Positions 45,558-55,759 of a DNA stretch of 64,000 bases are shown one piece after another. Both the position numbers and the translations under genes were made by a program. How positions within the stretch are numbered: the stretch's first letter is position 1; the number at the start of each line of letters is the position of its first letter. The stretch covers positions 1,120,001-1,184,000 of the forward strand of contig CAWJEN010000005.1 of assembly GCA_963841915.1 (NCBI GenBank), given 5' to 3'. This DNA comes from an uncultured Planctomycetota bacterium (lineage in GTDB: Bacteria; Planctomycetota; Phycisphaerae; Tepidisphaerales; Tepidisphaeraceae). Under the pieces are notes generated by a model. That model made no database searches. It saw nothing but the letters and a program-made list of their open reading frames with translations, and had not been told where the DNA came from.

Positions 45558-47570
45558 ATGCCGTGTCACACCCCAAATCACCTCGCTTCCCACCGCCGCC
45601 GCGTCAGGCGGCTACTCGCCGTCGCCGTCGCCGCCGCTTGTTTGTCCCCGACGGCAGCGCTCTTCGCCGCCGAAGCCGACGAGCCCGGCTTTGCCACGCC
45701 CCCGAGCGAAGCCGCCCCTGCGACACAGCCTGCCGAGGTCGAGCTGCCACCGTTGCCCGCCGACCCGTTCGCCGACGATGCCGCGACGGCCGTTGTGCCC
45801 GACAGTGCCAGCCAGGACGCCGCCGTCCGCTACGACGCAGCGGCCGACACCGTCGACATCCGCGTGAGCAACGGCGATCTCGTCGACGTGCTCCGCATGC
45901 TCGCCGAACAGAGCGAACGCAACATCATTGCCTCCAAGAACGTCGGCGGCGTCGTCTCGTGCAGCCTCTACGACGTCACCGTCCGTCAGGCCCTCGACGC
46001 CATCCTCACCAGCAACGACCTTGGCGTCCGCGAGGACGGCAACTTCCTTTACGTCTACACGCAGGAAGAGCTCCAGGAACTCGAAGAGGCCGACCGCAAG
46101 ATGGAGACGCGGGTCTTCCGCCTCTTCCACACCACGCCCTCGATGGCCGCCCGCATGGTCTCGCCGGCCCTGAGCGAGCAGGCCGTCTTCTCGTTCAGCG
46201 ACGAAGCCGACGAAGGCGTTGCGTCCAACCGCACCGACGCCGGTGGCTACGGCTACGCGGCCGACGACGTGCTCGTCGTCAGCGACTTCCCCGAGCGGCT
46301 CGAAGAAGTCGCCCGCCTGCTCGAAGAGGTCGACCAGCGCCCACAGCAGGTCCTCGTCGAAGCGACCATCCTCAGCTCCACGCTGACGAATAACAACCAG
46401 ATGGGTGTCGACTTCAACCTCGTCGGCGGCGTCGACTTTAACCAAGTCAACTTCCTGCCCGGTGGCCAGGTCGCCAGCGGTGGGTTCGATGACTCGTCGC
46501 AAGCCCTCGGCAGCGACACCTACGGCGGCGGTACCGGTAACAACTTCGCAGGTGCCGTCCCCGGTGGCATGAAGCTCGGCTTCGTCAGCGGTGATGTCAG
46601 CGTCTTCCTGTCTGCCCTGGAAGGCGTCACCGACTCGACCGTCCTGGCCAACCCCAAGGTGCTGGCCCTCAACAAACAACGCGGCGAAGTGCTCGTCGGT
46701 CGTCAGGACGGCTACGTCACGACCACGCTGACCGAGACCACCGCCACGCAGGACGTGCAGTTCCTCGAAACCGGTACGAAGCTCGTCTTCCGCCCGTACA
46801 TCAGCAAAGACGGCTACATCCGGCTCGAGATTGCCCCCGAGGATTCGTCGGGCGGCGTCGACGAGCGAGGCCTGCCCAGCAAGGTCACGACGCAGGTCAC
46901 CAGCAACGTCATGGTTAAAGACGGCCACACGATCGTCATCGGCGGTTTGTTCCGCGAGTCGAGCGTCGTCGCCAAGAGCCAGGTCCCGGTGCTGGGCAAC
47001 ATCCCGCTGCTGGGCCGGGCGTTCGGCCGGCAGAGCGACTCGACGGTGCGAGAAGAGATCATCATCCTGCTGACGCCGCACGTTGTGAAGGACGACGACA
47101 AGTTCGCCCAGCTCGGCGATCAGGAGCGTCTGCGTGCAGAGCGGCTTCGCGTCGGCACCCGCAAGGGCATGATGTTCTGGGGCCGCGAGCGCCAGGCACA
47201 AGCCAACTACCAGAAGGCCGTCGAGGCCTTGGCCAAGGACGAGCCGAATCCCAAGCGTGCCCGCTTCCACCTCAACGCGGCCCTGCACCTGGACCCGTCG
47301 TTCATCGAAGCCATCGAACTGCGTGAGAAGCTGACCGGTGAGACCGTGGTCGAGGCCGACGGCAGCTCCATCCGCAGCTTTGTCCGCCGGTCGATCCGCG
47401 ACGACGTGACCGAGCTGCGCCAGACGCCCGAGGTGACGCCCGAAGGCGAGCTGCCGACGGACGATCCGAAGCTGCGTCAGCCGCGTGACCTGCTGCCCGA
47501 CGATGAACCGGACCTGATCAAGGTCGAGGCCCCGGCCACGCAGCCCGCGCTGGCAACGATCAAGGAGTAG
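45558..47570 (+). CDS. Secretin (GspD/PilQ family)
   Basis: STN-like N domain; DQRPQQVLVEATI; LANPKVLALN; VKDGHTIVIGGL; VPVLGNIPLLGRAF; IILLTPHVV; AAGGAAG RBS. Confidence 0.93.
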   Translation: MPCHTPNHLASHRRRVRRLLAVAVAAACLSPTAALFAAEADEPGFATPPSEAAPATQPAEVELPPLPADPFADDAATAVVPDSASQDAAVRYDAAADTVDIRVSNGDLVDVLRMLAEQSERNIIASKNVGGVVSCSLYDVTVRQALDAILTSNDLGVREDGNFLYVYTQEELQELEEADRKMETRVFRLFHTTPSMAARMVSPALSEQAVFSFSDEADEGVASNRTDAGGYGYAADDVLVVSDFPERLEEVARLLEEVDQRPQQVLVEATILSSTLTNNNQMGVDFNLVGGVDFNQVNFLPGGQVASGGFDDSSQALGSDTYGGGTGNNFAGAVPGGMKLGFVSGDVSVFLSALEGVTDSTVLANPKVLALNKQRGEVLVGRQDGYVTTTLTETTATQDVQFLETGTKLVFRPYISKDGYIRLEIAPEDSSGGVDERGLPSKVTTQVTSNVMVKDGHTIVIGGLFRESSVVAKSQVPVLGNIPLLGRAFGRQSDSTVREEIIILLTPHVVKDDDKFAQLGDQERLRAERLRVGTRKGMMFWGRERQAQANYQKAVEALAKDEPNPKRARFHLNAALHLDPSFIEAIELREKLTGETVVEADGSSIRSFVRRSIRDDVTELRQTPEVTPEGELPTDDPKLRQPRDLLPDDEPDLIKVEAPATQPALATIKE

Positions 47571-47587
47571 ATCAACAGGCAAGGTAG

Positions 47588-47616
47588 CTGCGGGTCCTAG
47601 ACCCGCAGTTTGCTTT
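47588..47616 (+). terminator. Hairpin / terminator-like element after the secretin gene
   Basis: CTGCGGGTC-CTA-GACCCGCAG followed by TTTGCTTT. Confidence 0.6.
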
Positions 47617-47725
47617 GCGCCCGTACCTGACCGCGGGCGACAAACCCGCAGTATGTGCAGAAACGCGACCGCAGAAGGCATCGCCCGCAGAACCACCCGC
47701 CGACCCGCTCAAGGAAGAGAACCTC

Positions 47726-48910
47726 ATGTCACACCACACGCAACACGCCGCCCGGGCGATCCTTCTCGCTGCCACGCTCGCCTGCGGCACGCTGACCGGC
47801 TGCTCGTCCGGCCCGACGCAAACCGAAGAGGCGACCGCCCGCTGGAATGCCGCCCGGGCGGCGACGCTGGCGCAGCTGGCGACCGATCAGCTCGAAGCCG
47901 GTCAGTTGGCAGAAGCACGCGAAACGTGCGACGCTGCGCTGGTCGTCGACCAGACGTTGCCAGCGGTCCATCTGCTCAGTGCCCGTGTGGCGCTGGAGGA
48001 AGACGACCTGCAAGGGGCGTCGGCCAGTCTGCAGCGGTGCGGCATGCTTGCACCGGCCGACGCGGTCGCAGCGGAGATGCACCACCTGGCCGGCACCATT
48101 GCCGGCCGCTGGGAGCAGGCCGACGAAGCGGTGCGGCGTCACCGGGCGGCGGTCGCCTTGTGGCCCCAAGAGCCCAACTACCTCGTCGGACTGGCCGAGG
48201 CACTCATTGATGCCGAGCGTGCACCCGAGGCCGAGGCGGCGTTGATGGCGAACCTGCATCGGTTCCAGGGAGAAGCGTCGGTCTTCGACGCGCTCGGCCA
48301 AGTGCTCAGCGTGCAAGGCCGACCTGCCGACGCGGCAGAGATGTACCGCCGGGCCAGCGTCTACGCGCCCGACGACACCGATGTCCGCGAGCGGCAGGCA
48401 CTGGCGCAATTGGCGGCAGGTGACGGGGCGGCGGCGGCGCGGACGCTTCGCCGGCTGCTCGACGAGGTCGATGGACGACCGTCGTTGCACATTGCACTCG
48501 GCGAGGCCTATCTGAGCGAGCGTGACGCCGAACGGGCCGAGGCGGCCTTCCGGCAGGCGACGCGTCTGGATCGGCAGAGCTTTGCGGCATGGGCGGGTCT
48601 GACAAAGTCGCTGCTGGCGTCGAACGACGCCAACGCAGCAGTCATGGCGGCGACGCGTGCCGTGGCGACGGCAGGAACGGGCGAGCGAGACAACGCGCTG
48701 CTGCTCCGCGGCTTTGCCAACGTACAGCACGGCAACTTCCGCGGGGCGGCAGACGATTTGGACGATCTTGCCCGGGCCGGTGACACCTTGGCGGCAGACC
48801 TCTATGCGTTGTGCCTGTTAGGCCTTGGCGATGAGGCGTCGGCACGTGCCACTTTGTCGGACCATATGTCGCAGCACGCAAATGTGTCGTCTGAGCGCAT
48901 CGGTGAGTAA
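47726..48910 (+). CDS. TPR-repeat lipoprotein (possible pilotin)
   Basis: Lipobox LTGC; many TPR-like helical repeats; AAGGAAG RBS; directly after the secretin. Confidence 0.82.
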   Translation: MSHHTQHAARAILLAATLACGTLTGCSSGPTQTEEATARWNAARAATLAQLATDQLEAGQLAEARETCDAALVVDQTLPAVHLLSARVALEEDDLQGASASLQRCGMLAPADAVAAEMHHLAGTIAGRWEQADEAVRRHRAAVALWPQEPNYLVGLAEALIDAERAPEAEAALMANLHRFQGEASVFDALGQVLSVQGRPADAAEMYRRASVYAPDDTDVRERQALAQLAAGDGAAAARTLRRLLDEVDGRPSLHIALGEAYLSERDAERAEAAFRQATRLDRQSFAAWAGLTKSLLASNDANAAVMAATRAVATAGTGERDNALLLRGFANVQHGNFRGAADDLDDLARAGDTLAADLYALCLLGLGDEASARATLSDHMSQHANVSSERIGE

Positions 48911-49017
48911 GGCGAGGTCGTACAAGATCCGATGCGTGTTTTAGCAGAAACTGATTTCGAGACGGCCGCTGGGGGCATCTGGCGGCGTCGGTCTCGTACC
49001 CGAAGAAGGACCTTGTG

Positions 49018-50133
49018 ATGCCCAATCTCCGTCTCTTTGTACGACAACCCGCAGCACCTGTTGCCGAGGTCGTCAAGTCGCCGAGCGGTTCGTCGTTCCC
49101 GCTGACGGCTCTCGACTTTAACGCCGGTACCAACGCAGCCAAGGAAGGCGACTTCTGGATCGACGCCGACGTGGTCGAAGCGTGCAAGGATCTGGTCGAG
49201 ACGGACGTGTGCAGACACGTGGCCGTTGCGCACTACAGCGGTGGCGGCGAGCCCATCATCCGAGAAGAGGCCGGCCCGACGCCCGACATGCACAGGCCGC
49301 TCGTGACCGAATTCGCGTCAACCGGCGAGCTGCGGCACTTGTACCGCGTGGACGGCATGCTGATCGCGGCCGTGACGCTGCGAGACGGAGACAACCGGAT
49401 CGGCTCGTGCACGGTGGCGGCTGAAAACGACGACGAGCGACGGATTATGAGCTCGGCCCGCAGGCTCGGGCGCTTTGTCCAGATGGCCAGGCGCAATCGG
49501 AAGCTGCAGATCGAGGCGGGGAACATGCTTCAAGGGTTGCTGCGGTCGCTGGTCAGTGCCGTCGATGCCAACGACGCCTACACGTGCGGCCACAGCTTGC
49601 GGGTTGCGCTCTACGCAAGGCAGCTTGGTGAGGCGGCGGGGCTCGTTCCGACGACGCTCGACCGCATCTACTTGGCCGGGCTGTTGCACGACATCGGCAA
49701 GATCGGCGTCGACACGCGCGTCCTTCGCAAGGCCGGCCGCTTGACGGATGACGAGTTTGCGCAGATCCGCCAGCATCCGGTTGTGGGGCACCACATTCTC
49801 AGCGGCATTCCGCAGGTGCACGACGTGCTGCCGGGCGTGCTGCATCACCACGAGCGGTACGACGGCCGCGGGTACCCGCACAAACTGGCCGGAGCCGACA
49901 TTCCGCTGATGGCCCGCATTCTGGCGGTGGCAGACAGCTTCGACGCGATGACGAGCGACCGCAACTACCGCCACGCTCGCCCGGCGGCGAAGGCGCTGGC
50001 CGAGGTGGCCCAATGTGCCGGGACGCAGTTCGACCCGACCTTGGCGAAGCTGTTTTGCCGACTGCCGTTGTCGGAGCTGGAGTCGACGATCAAGCGTGGC
50101 CGCGCCAGCGCCGAAGCGGCCGTCGCCGCGTGA
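49018..50133 (+). CDS. HD-GYP domain protein (cyclic-dinucleotide phosphodiesterase family)
   Basis: YTCGHSLRV, LLHDIGKIG, HHERYDGRGYP, VADSFDAMTSDRNY, GTQFDP. Confidence 0.93.
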   Translation: MPNLRLFVRQPAAPVAEVVKSPSGSSFPLTALDFNAGTNAAKEGDFWIDADVVEACKDLVETDVCRHVAVAHYSGGGEPIIREEAGPTPDMHRPLVTEFASTGELRHLYRVDGMLIAAVTLRDGDNRIGSCTVAAENDDERRIMSSARRLGRFVQMARRNRKLQIEAGNMLQGLLRSLVSAVDANDAYTCGHSLRVALYARQLGEAAGLVPTTLDRIYLAGLLHDIGKIGVDTRVLRKAGRLTDDEFAQIRQHPVVGHHILSGIPQVHDVLPGVLHHHERYDGRGYPHKLAGADIPLMARILAVADSFDAMTSDRNYRHARPAAKALAEVAQCAGTQFDPTLAKLFCRLPLSELESTIKRGRASAEAAVAA

Positions 50134-50152
50134 GCGCGACGGCAAAAATAAG

Positions 50153-50226
50153 TGGCTCCAACTGGACTCGAACCAGTGACCTAGGGCTTATGAATCCCTC
50201 GCTCTAACCAGCTGAGCTATGGAGCC
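50153..50226 (-). tRNA. tRNA with CAT anticodon, most likely elongator tRNA-Met (Ile2 not excluded); CCA not encoded
   Basis: GGCTCCATAGCTCAGCTGGTTAGAGCGAGGGATTCATAAGCCCTAGGTCACTGGTTCGAGTCCAGTTGGAGCCA folds as a cloverleaf; paired G1-C72 argues against initiator. Confidence 0.93.
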
Positions 50227-50271
50227 GACGGGGTTGGCATCGTTGGCGCGGTTTGGCGGCTTGACAAGTGC

Positions 50272-50306
50272 AATAAAGAACCGGCCGCACCCGAAGGTGC
50301 GGCCGG
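50272..50306 (-). terminator. Intrinsic terminator of the amt gene
   Basis: 11-bp stem CCGGCCGCACC, TTCG loop, then TTCTTTATT on the minus strand. Confidence 0.85.
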
Positions 50307-50331
50307 CATTGTTAAGGGTTGAACCGCCGAC

Positions 50332-51901
50332 TCAGGAAGCGGTGGCGATGCCTTGGCCGCTGAGGTCGTGGTACGCCCGCATCCCGTGCTCGCCGAGGTC
50401 GAGGCCTTCGATCTCTTCGGCTTCGCTGACGCGAATGCCACCGAGCATCTTGCAGATGAAGAAGATCACAAAGGCGATCAAGAAGGCGGTGACGCTGACC
50501 GACACGGTGCCGATGAGCTGGGCCATGAAGTCCTTGCCACCGAAGATACCGACGGCCAGGGTGCCCCAGACGCCGCAGACGCCGTGAACGCTGATGGCAC
50601 CGACCGGATCATCGATCTTGATCTTGTCGAAGCCGTAGACGCTGAAGACGACGAGGATGCCGGCAATGCCGCCGACGACGATCGCCCAGCCGGGGCTGAT
50701 CGAGTCCGCACCGGCAGTAATGCCGACGAGGCCTGCGAGCAGGCCGTTGAGGCCCATCGTCAGGTCAGGCTTGCCGGTCGCACCCCAGGAGGTGAGCAGG
50801 GCGATCATGCCACCGGCAACGCCGGCGAGGGTCGTGGTGACGAAGACGAAGCCGACACCACCCGAGACACCATCGGCAGCCGAGTAGGTGTCTTCTGCGG
50901 CCGAAAGGACGGAACCGCCGTTGAAGCCGAACCAGCCGAGGAACAGCAGGAAGACACCGATGTTGACGAGCGGAATGTTGTGTCCGGGGATACCGCGGGT
51001 CTCACCGTTGGGGCCGTACTTGCCGAGACGTGGCCCGAGCAGGATGACACCAGCCAATGCGCCCCAGCCACCGAAGGCGTGGACGACGGAGCTACCGGCA
51101 AAGTCGTAGAAGCCGTCGCCATCGGCGAGGGTCGACAGCCAGCCACCGCCCCAGTGCCAGCTACCGACGAACGGGTAGCCGAACATGACGAAGACAACGG
51201 CAAACACCATGAACGGTGCAAGCTTGATCCGCTCGGCGACGGCACCAGAGACGATGGTGGCCGCGGTGGCGGCGAACATGGCCTGGAAGATGAAGTCGGT
51301 GTAGGCCGTGTAGTGAACCGTCGTAGTACGACGGGCTCAGGCTCACGCCGTCCGACACATCAAGGGCGAGCCGAGGGCGAAGACGCCGGGGATGATCCAT
51401 GCGTCACCCGGGTAGTGGCTGACAGAAGCCCCAGGCCCAGTACGCCAGAATGCCGGTGCAGATGATCCACAGGTTCTTCGTCAGGATGTTGACGGAGTTC
51501 TTTGCACGGCACAGGCCGCTCTCGACGCAACCGAAGCCGAGGTGCATGATGAACACGAGCGCCGCTGCAATGAGGACCCAGATGTTGTTGGCACGGTACT
51601 GGCCGGGCGTGACATCTAGCTCATCGAAGGTCGAAGCAGACAGATCGGTGTCGATCGTGGTCGGATCGACCTCCTCTTCTTCGACGACATCGTCAACGGC
51701 GATTTCGACGTTAGCGGCGGTCTCGTCGACCTGGGCGGCCATGTCGTCGCCGAAGGATTCGGGCGTGTCGTCCTGTGCCGAGGCCGTGGTGGCGAAGGTG
51801 AAGGTCGCCACGGCCGCCAGGGCCAGCGTCAGCAGGCCCCACGATGGGCGGCGGGAAGAACCGGCACTGGGCCGGTGGAATAGCGGTAGCGGGCGTGGCA
51901 T
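50332..51901 (-). pseudogene. amtB: Ammonium transporter (Amt family), frameshifted as assembled
   Basis: N part FIMHLGFGCVESG..KN; C part FQAMFAATAATIVSGAVAER, DFAGSSVVH, GWFGFNGGS, IDDPVGAISVHG; three single-base indels at about 51315-51425 break the frame. Confidence 0.85.
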
Positions 51902-52267
51902 CTCGTCCTGCATGGTCGTTGCGTGGATGGGAAGGGGCGGAGGCTCAGAGTCCAAACCACCGACTCGCGACGGGTGTCCCAGGACATGCAGCGACCCAAT
52001 GGGCCGGCACGGTCGTCGGGCGAGCGAGGGTGTGATGAAGGTCCGAAGTTGAGAAGAACCGCGAGGTTCAGGTCGTCACAAGGCCGAGTGGTGGTCGGCC
52101 GGGCCAGGCGAAAGGAGCGAAATCGCGCTGGCAGCTCGTACGTCTTGATCGGTTGCTGCGGCCAGGTGTACCGGTTCGGCGTCGCCCGTGCAAGTGGTGG
52201 GGGCGCTGACACCTGGCAAAATCCGCACGCCGGCGTTAGCCGACGGGCGGAGGAAGAAACAGGTGCC

Positions 52268-53251
52268 TTAGAAGGCCAGGTCGAGCGACAGGCTGCCGAT
52301 CAGCTGCACGTTGTCGTCGCCGTTGATCGACTCGAGGTTGTCGGCGAAGAGGAACAGACCCTCGACGGCCGGCGTCAGCGTCCACGAGCCGTACTTGCCA
52401 CCGGGCGTCAGCGGGAAGCCGGCGGCGGCGGCGACGCTGACGTAGCCCAGGAACGTGTCGTCACCCTGGTCGTCGAAGTAGTAGTCGTCGAGGCTCATGC
52501 CGACCGTCACCGGAAAGGCCAGGGAGATCGGGTCGTCAAAGCTCTCGATTTCCAGCTCCGTGGCGGCTTCGATGCCGAGCTCGAGGTAGGCGTCTTCACT
52601 GCCACCCTCGTCCTTGGTTTCGAAGTAGACACCGGCACCGACGCCGAGGTCGAAGACGAACTCGTCGTCGACGTCCGGATCGTCACCGGTGAGCGGGATG
52701 GCGTAGCTGACGTACGCGCCGAGCTCCTGAATCTCCGGAACGCCACCGAACGGGTAGAGGTACCAGGTGTAGATGGCACCGAACTCGAAGTTACCGGTCG
52801 AGGCGGTCAGGCCGGCGTAGAGGTCGCTCTCGTACCACGACGAGGGGCTGGCGCCGACGCCTTCAACTTCGCTGTTGAAGCTGTTCCACGTACCGACGGT
52901 GGCCTCGAAGGTGTAGTCGTCGGTGGCGTAGACGGGGAAGCCGATCTCGATGTACGGCTGGGCAATGATGCCGCCGTTCAGGAGGCCGTCGTCATCCTGT
53001 AGGTAGCCACGGAAGAAGTAATCGGTGGCGAAGGTGACGCCGACACCGACGCTGTACTCATCGGGCTCGACCTGGTCGTTCTCGGCCATGGCCTCATCGG
53101 CGATGCCGACGACGTCAGTCTGGGGGCGCTCTTCGTTCAGCTGGGCCGAGGCCGGCGCGGCGAAGATGGTGGCGACAACCGCGGCGGCGGCGAGGCGAAG
53201 GGCGACGGTGCGGCTCGGCAGGGTGGCCGAAAGGTTCTCAAGTAGGTTCAT
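52268..53251 (-). CDS. Outer-membrane beta-barrel protein, TorF/TIGR02001-like putative porin
   Basis: Signal peptide ending ASA-Q; TDYFFRG, ESDLYAG, YTWYLYP; alternating beta pattern; terminal Phe; GGAGAA RBS; upstream of amt. Confidence 0.75.
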   Translation of the reverse strand: MNLLENLSATLPSRTVALRLAAAAVVATIFAAPASAQLNEERPQTDVVGIADEAMAENDQVEPDEYSVGVGVTFATDYFFRGYLQDDDGLLNGGIIAQPYIEIGFPVYATDDYTFEATVGTWNSFNSEVEGVGASPSSWYESDLYAGLTASTGNFEFGAIYTWYLYPFGGVPEIQELGAYVSYAIPLTGDDPDVDDEFVFDLGVGAGVYFETKDEGGSEDAYLELGIEAATELEIESFDDPISLAFPVTVGMSLDDYYFDDQGDDTFLGYVSVAAAAGFPLTPGGKYGSWTLTPAVEGLFLFADNLESINGDDNVQLIGSLSLDLAF

Positions 53252-53509
53252 CAGTTCTCCGAAGACATTGGGGCAAGCGCCCCGCGGGTTGTTAGGCTGA
53301 ATCGTGCGTCGGTCGGACGGCGACACGAACGGTCGCGATGCCTGAAAAGGCATGAATCGGCCAATTACCGGCCGGGGCTGGAGTCCGCCGAAGCGAACGG
53401 TCGCCCACATTCCATCCGGCTTCCGGCGGTCCTTGCCGAAGCGGGTGCCTGACGCGGGAACCACCATGCAGCCGAGGCTGGCATGTCAGGCTCCGTCGGG
53501 CACCCGCTT

Positions 53510-53526
53510 TGCAAAGCGTGTGCCGG
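53510..53526 (-). promoter_or_regulatory. Putative sigma54 (-24/-12) promoter for the porin-amt locus
   Basis: Minus strand CCGGCACACGCTTTGCA = GGCAC-N5-TTGC with exact GG-N10-GC spacing. Confidence 0.6.
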
Positions 53527-53930
53527 TTGCACGCGGCCGGGCCAATCAAGAGCGGGAGGCCATGACCTTTTGCTCCTGCTGACCGTGGCGGCGTACGGGT
53601 CTGCGACCCGACAGAATCCGCCGCCCGCGGCGCGTTGCGATGACGTTGTAGGTACTTTCCTCGCGAAGTGCTAACACAAATGCGTGTTGCGACGCGTCTG
53701 ATAAATCGGCTCAGCTTGCTTCTGCAGCAACAGCAACATCGTCAACCTCAAATCGCTGTTTGAACAGGCACCCACAGGCGCTGTTGCTCAATCTGCGCGC
53801 GGCTCAGGCGGCATAGCACCTTTTGCTGAAGTAGAAGCTGTAGCACCGATGGGCGGATCGGTCGGTCGTAATTCTCCTCACGCCGCGTCGGCGGGGCAGA
53901 CGCTTACTGTGCGGCGACTTTCGGCCGCCA

Positions 53931-55727
53931 ATGCAGATCCGCAACTTCTCCATCATCGCCCACATCGACCACGGCAAGAGCACCTTGTCCGACCGCCTGC
54001 TCCAGCGGGCGGGCGCCATCAGCGAGCGGGAGATGCGCGGGCAGATGCTCGACTCGATGGACCTCGAGCGCGAGCGTGGCATCACCATCAAAGCCAGTGC
54101 CGTCACGGTGAACCACCTGCACAACGGCGAGCCGTTCATGCTCAACTTCATCGACACGCCCGGTCACGTCGACTTCCACTACGAGGTGCGCAAGGCCCTG
54201 CAGGCCTGTGAAGGAGCCATTCTCGTCGTTGACGCCACGCAAGGCGTGCAGGCACAAACCGTCGCCAACGCCTACGCAGCCGTCGAGCAGGATCTGGAGA
54301 TCATCCCGGTCATCAACAAGATCGACCTGCCCAGCGCCCGTCCCGACGAGGTGGCAGAAGAGGTCGAGCAGATCCTGGGCTTCCCGGCAGAAGACTGCAT
54401 CTACGTCAGCGCCAAGACCGGCGTCGGCATCGATGAATTGCTGGCGGCCCTCTGCGATCGGCTGCCGGGACCGAAGTCGACCGGCGATGCTTCGACGCGT
54501 GGCCTGATCTTCGATTCTCACTACGACGATTACAAAGGGGTTGTCACCTACGTCCGAATGGTCGACGGGGCGATCGTCAAAGGCCAGAAGATGCGTCTGA
54601 TGGGTACGGGTCGCGACTACCCGATCACCGAGCTGGGCAAATTCCTGCCGGTCGCGACGCGGGTCGATCGCATCGGGCCCGGCGAGGTCGGGTATGTCGT
54701 GGCCACCATCAAGGACATTCACGACGTCCGCGTCGGTGACACCCTGACCGATGCCGCCCGCCCGGCGGCCAACCAGTTGCCCGGTTACGAGCAGGTCCAG
54801 CAGATGGTCTTCTGCGACTTCTACCCGGGCGGCAGCACGCAGTACGAAGACCTACGCGACGCGGTCGACCGCCTTAGCCTCAATGACTCGTCCTTTACGT
54901 TCAACCCCGAGTCGAGCGATGCACTGGGCTTCGGCTTTCGATGCGGCTTCCTGGGGCTGTTGCACATGGAGATCGTGCAGGAACGTCTCGAGCGGGAGTT
55001 CGACATCGAGGTCATTCAAACCGCTCCGACCGTCACGTACGAGATCGCACTCAGCGACGGCAGCGTCGAGCGGATCGACGCGCCCAGCCAGTTGCCCGAC
55101 CCGTCGCACATCAGAGAAGTGCGTGAGCCGATTATCCGCATGAACGTGATGGTGCCCGAGTCGTTCGTCGGCTCGATCATGACGCTGTGCGAAGAGCGTC
55201 GCGGCACGTACAAGAAGACCGAGTACATCGGCATGGGTGATCAGCGGCGGACGATAATCACCTACGACGTGCCGCTGGCCGAGATCATTTACGACTTCTA
55301 CGACAAGCTCAAAAGTGCCACGAAGGGGTACGGCACAATGGATTACGAGCTGCGCGGCTTCGAGGCTGCGAATCTCGCCCGCGTGGACGTGCTCGTCAAC
55401 GGCAGCCGGGTCGACGCGCTGTCGATGATCCTGCACCGCAGCACGGCAGAAGTGCGCAGCCGGGTGATCTTGGCGAAGCTCAAGACGAAGATCGACCGGC
55501 ACCTCTTCGAAATCCCACTCCAGGCGGCGATCGGTGGCAAAATCATCGCCCGCGAGACGATCAAGAGCGTCGGCAAGAACGTGACCGCCAAGTGCTACGG
55601 CGGTGACGTCAGCCGCAAACGAAAGCTGCTGGAGAAGCAGAAGAAGGGCAAAGCCCGCATGAAACGCGTCGGCAGCGTCGACATTCCCCAGGAAGCCTTC
55701 CTGGCGGTGCTGGAAACCGGCGAGTGA
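53931..55727 (+). CDS. lepA: Elongation factor 4
   Basis: IRNFSIIAHIDHGKSTL, ERERGITIK, DTPGHVDF, GFRCGFLGLLHMEI, AKCYGGDVSRKRKLLEKQK. Confidence 0.99.
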   Translation: MQIRNFSIIAHIDHGKSTLSDRLLQRAGAISEREMRGQMLDSMDLERERGITIKASAVTVNHLHNGEPFMLNFIDTPGHVDFHYEVRKALQACEGAILVVDATQGVQAQTVANAYAAVEQDLEIIPVINKIDLPSARPDEVAEEVEQILGFPAEDCIYVSAKTGVGIDELLAALCDRLPGPKSTGDASTRGLIFDSHYDDYKGVVTYVRMVDGAIVKGQKMRLMGTGRDYPITELGKFLPVATRVDRIGPGEVGYVVATIKDIHDVRVGDTLTDAARPAANQLPGYEQVQQMVFCDFYPGGSTQYEDLRDAVDRLSLNDSSFTFNPESSDALGFGFRCGFLGLLHMEIVQERLEREFDIEVIQTAPTVTYEIALSDGSVERIDAPSQLPDPSHIREVREPIIRMNVMVPESFVGSIMTLCEERRGTYKKTEYIGMGDQRRTIITYDVPLAEIIYDFYDKLKSATKGYGTMDYELRGFEAANLARVDVLVNGSRVDALSMILHRSTAEVRSRVILAKLKTKIDRHLFEIPLQAAIGGKIIARETIKSVGKNVTAKCYGGDVSRKRKLLEKQKKGKARMKRVGSVDIPQEAFLAVLETGE

Positions 55728-55759
55728 TATCGGCGCTCAGCGTGTAGAATCGAGGCGTC

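Noticed and set aside
50153..50226. tRNA as an integration site of an island
   Set aside because: No integrase, no duplicated tRNA 3' end seen, and host-like flanking genes
52882..52891. TGTTCCACGT parS half-site (also ACGTGGAACA near 62222)
   Set aside because: Only half of the palindrome, inside coding sequence (TWN codons)
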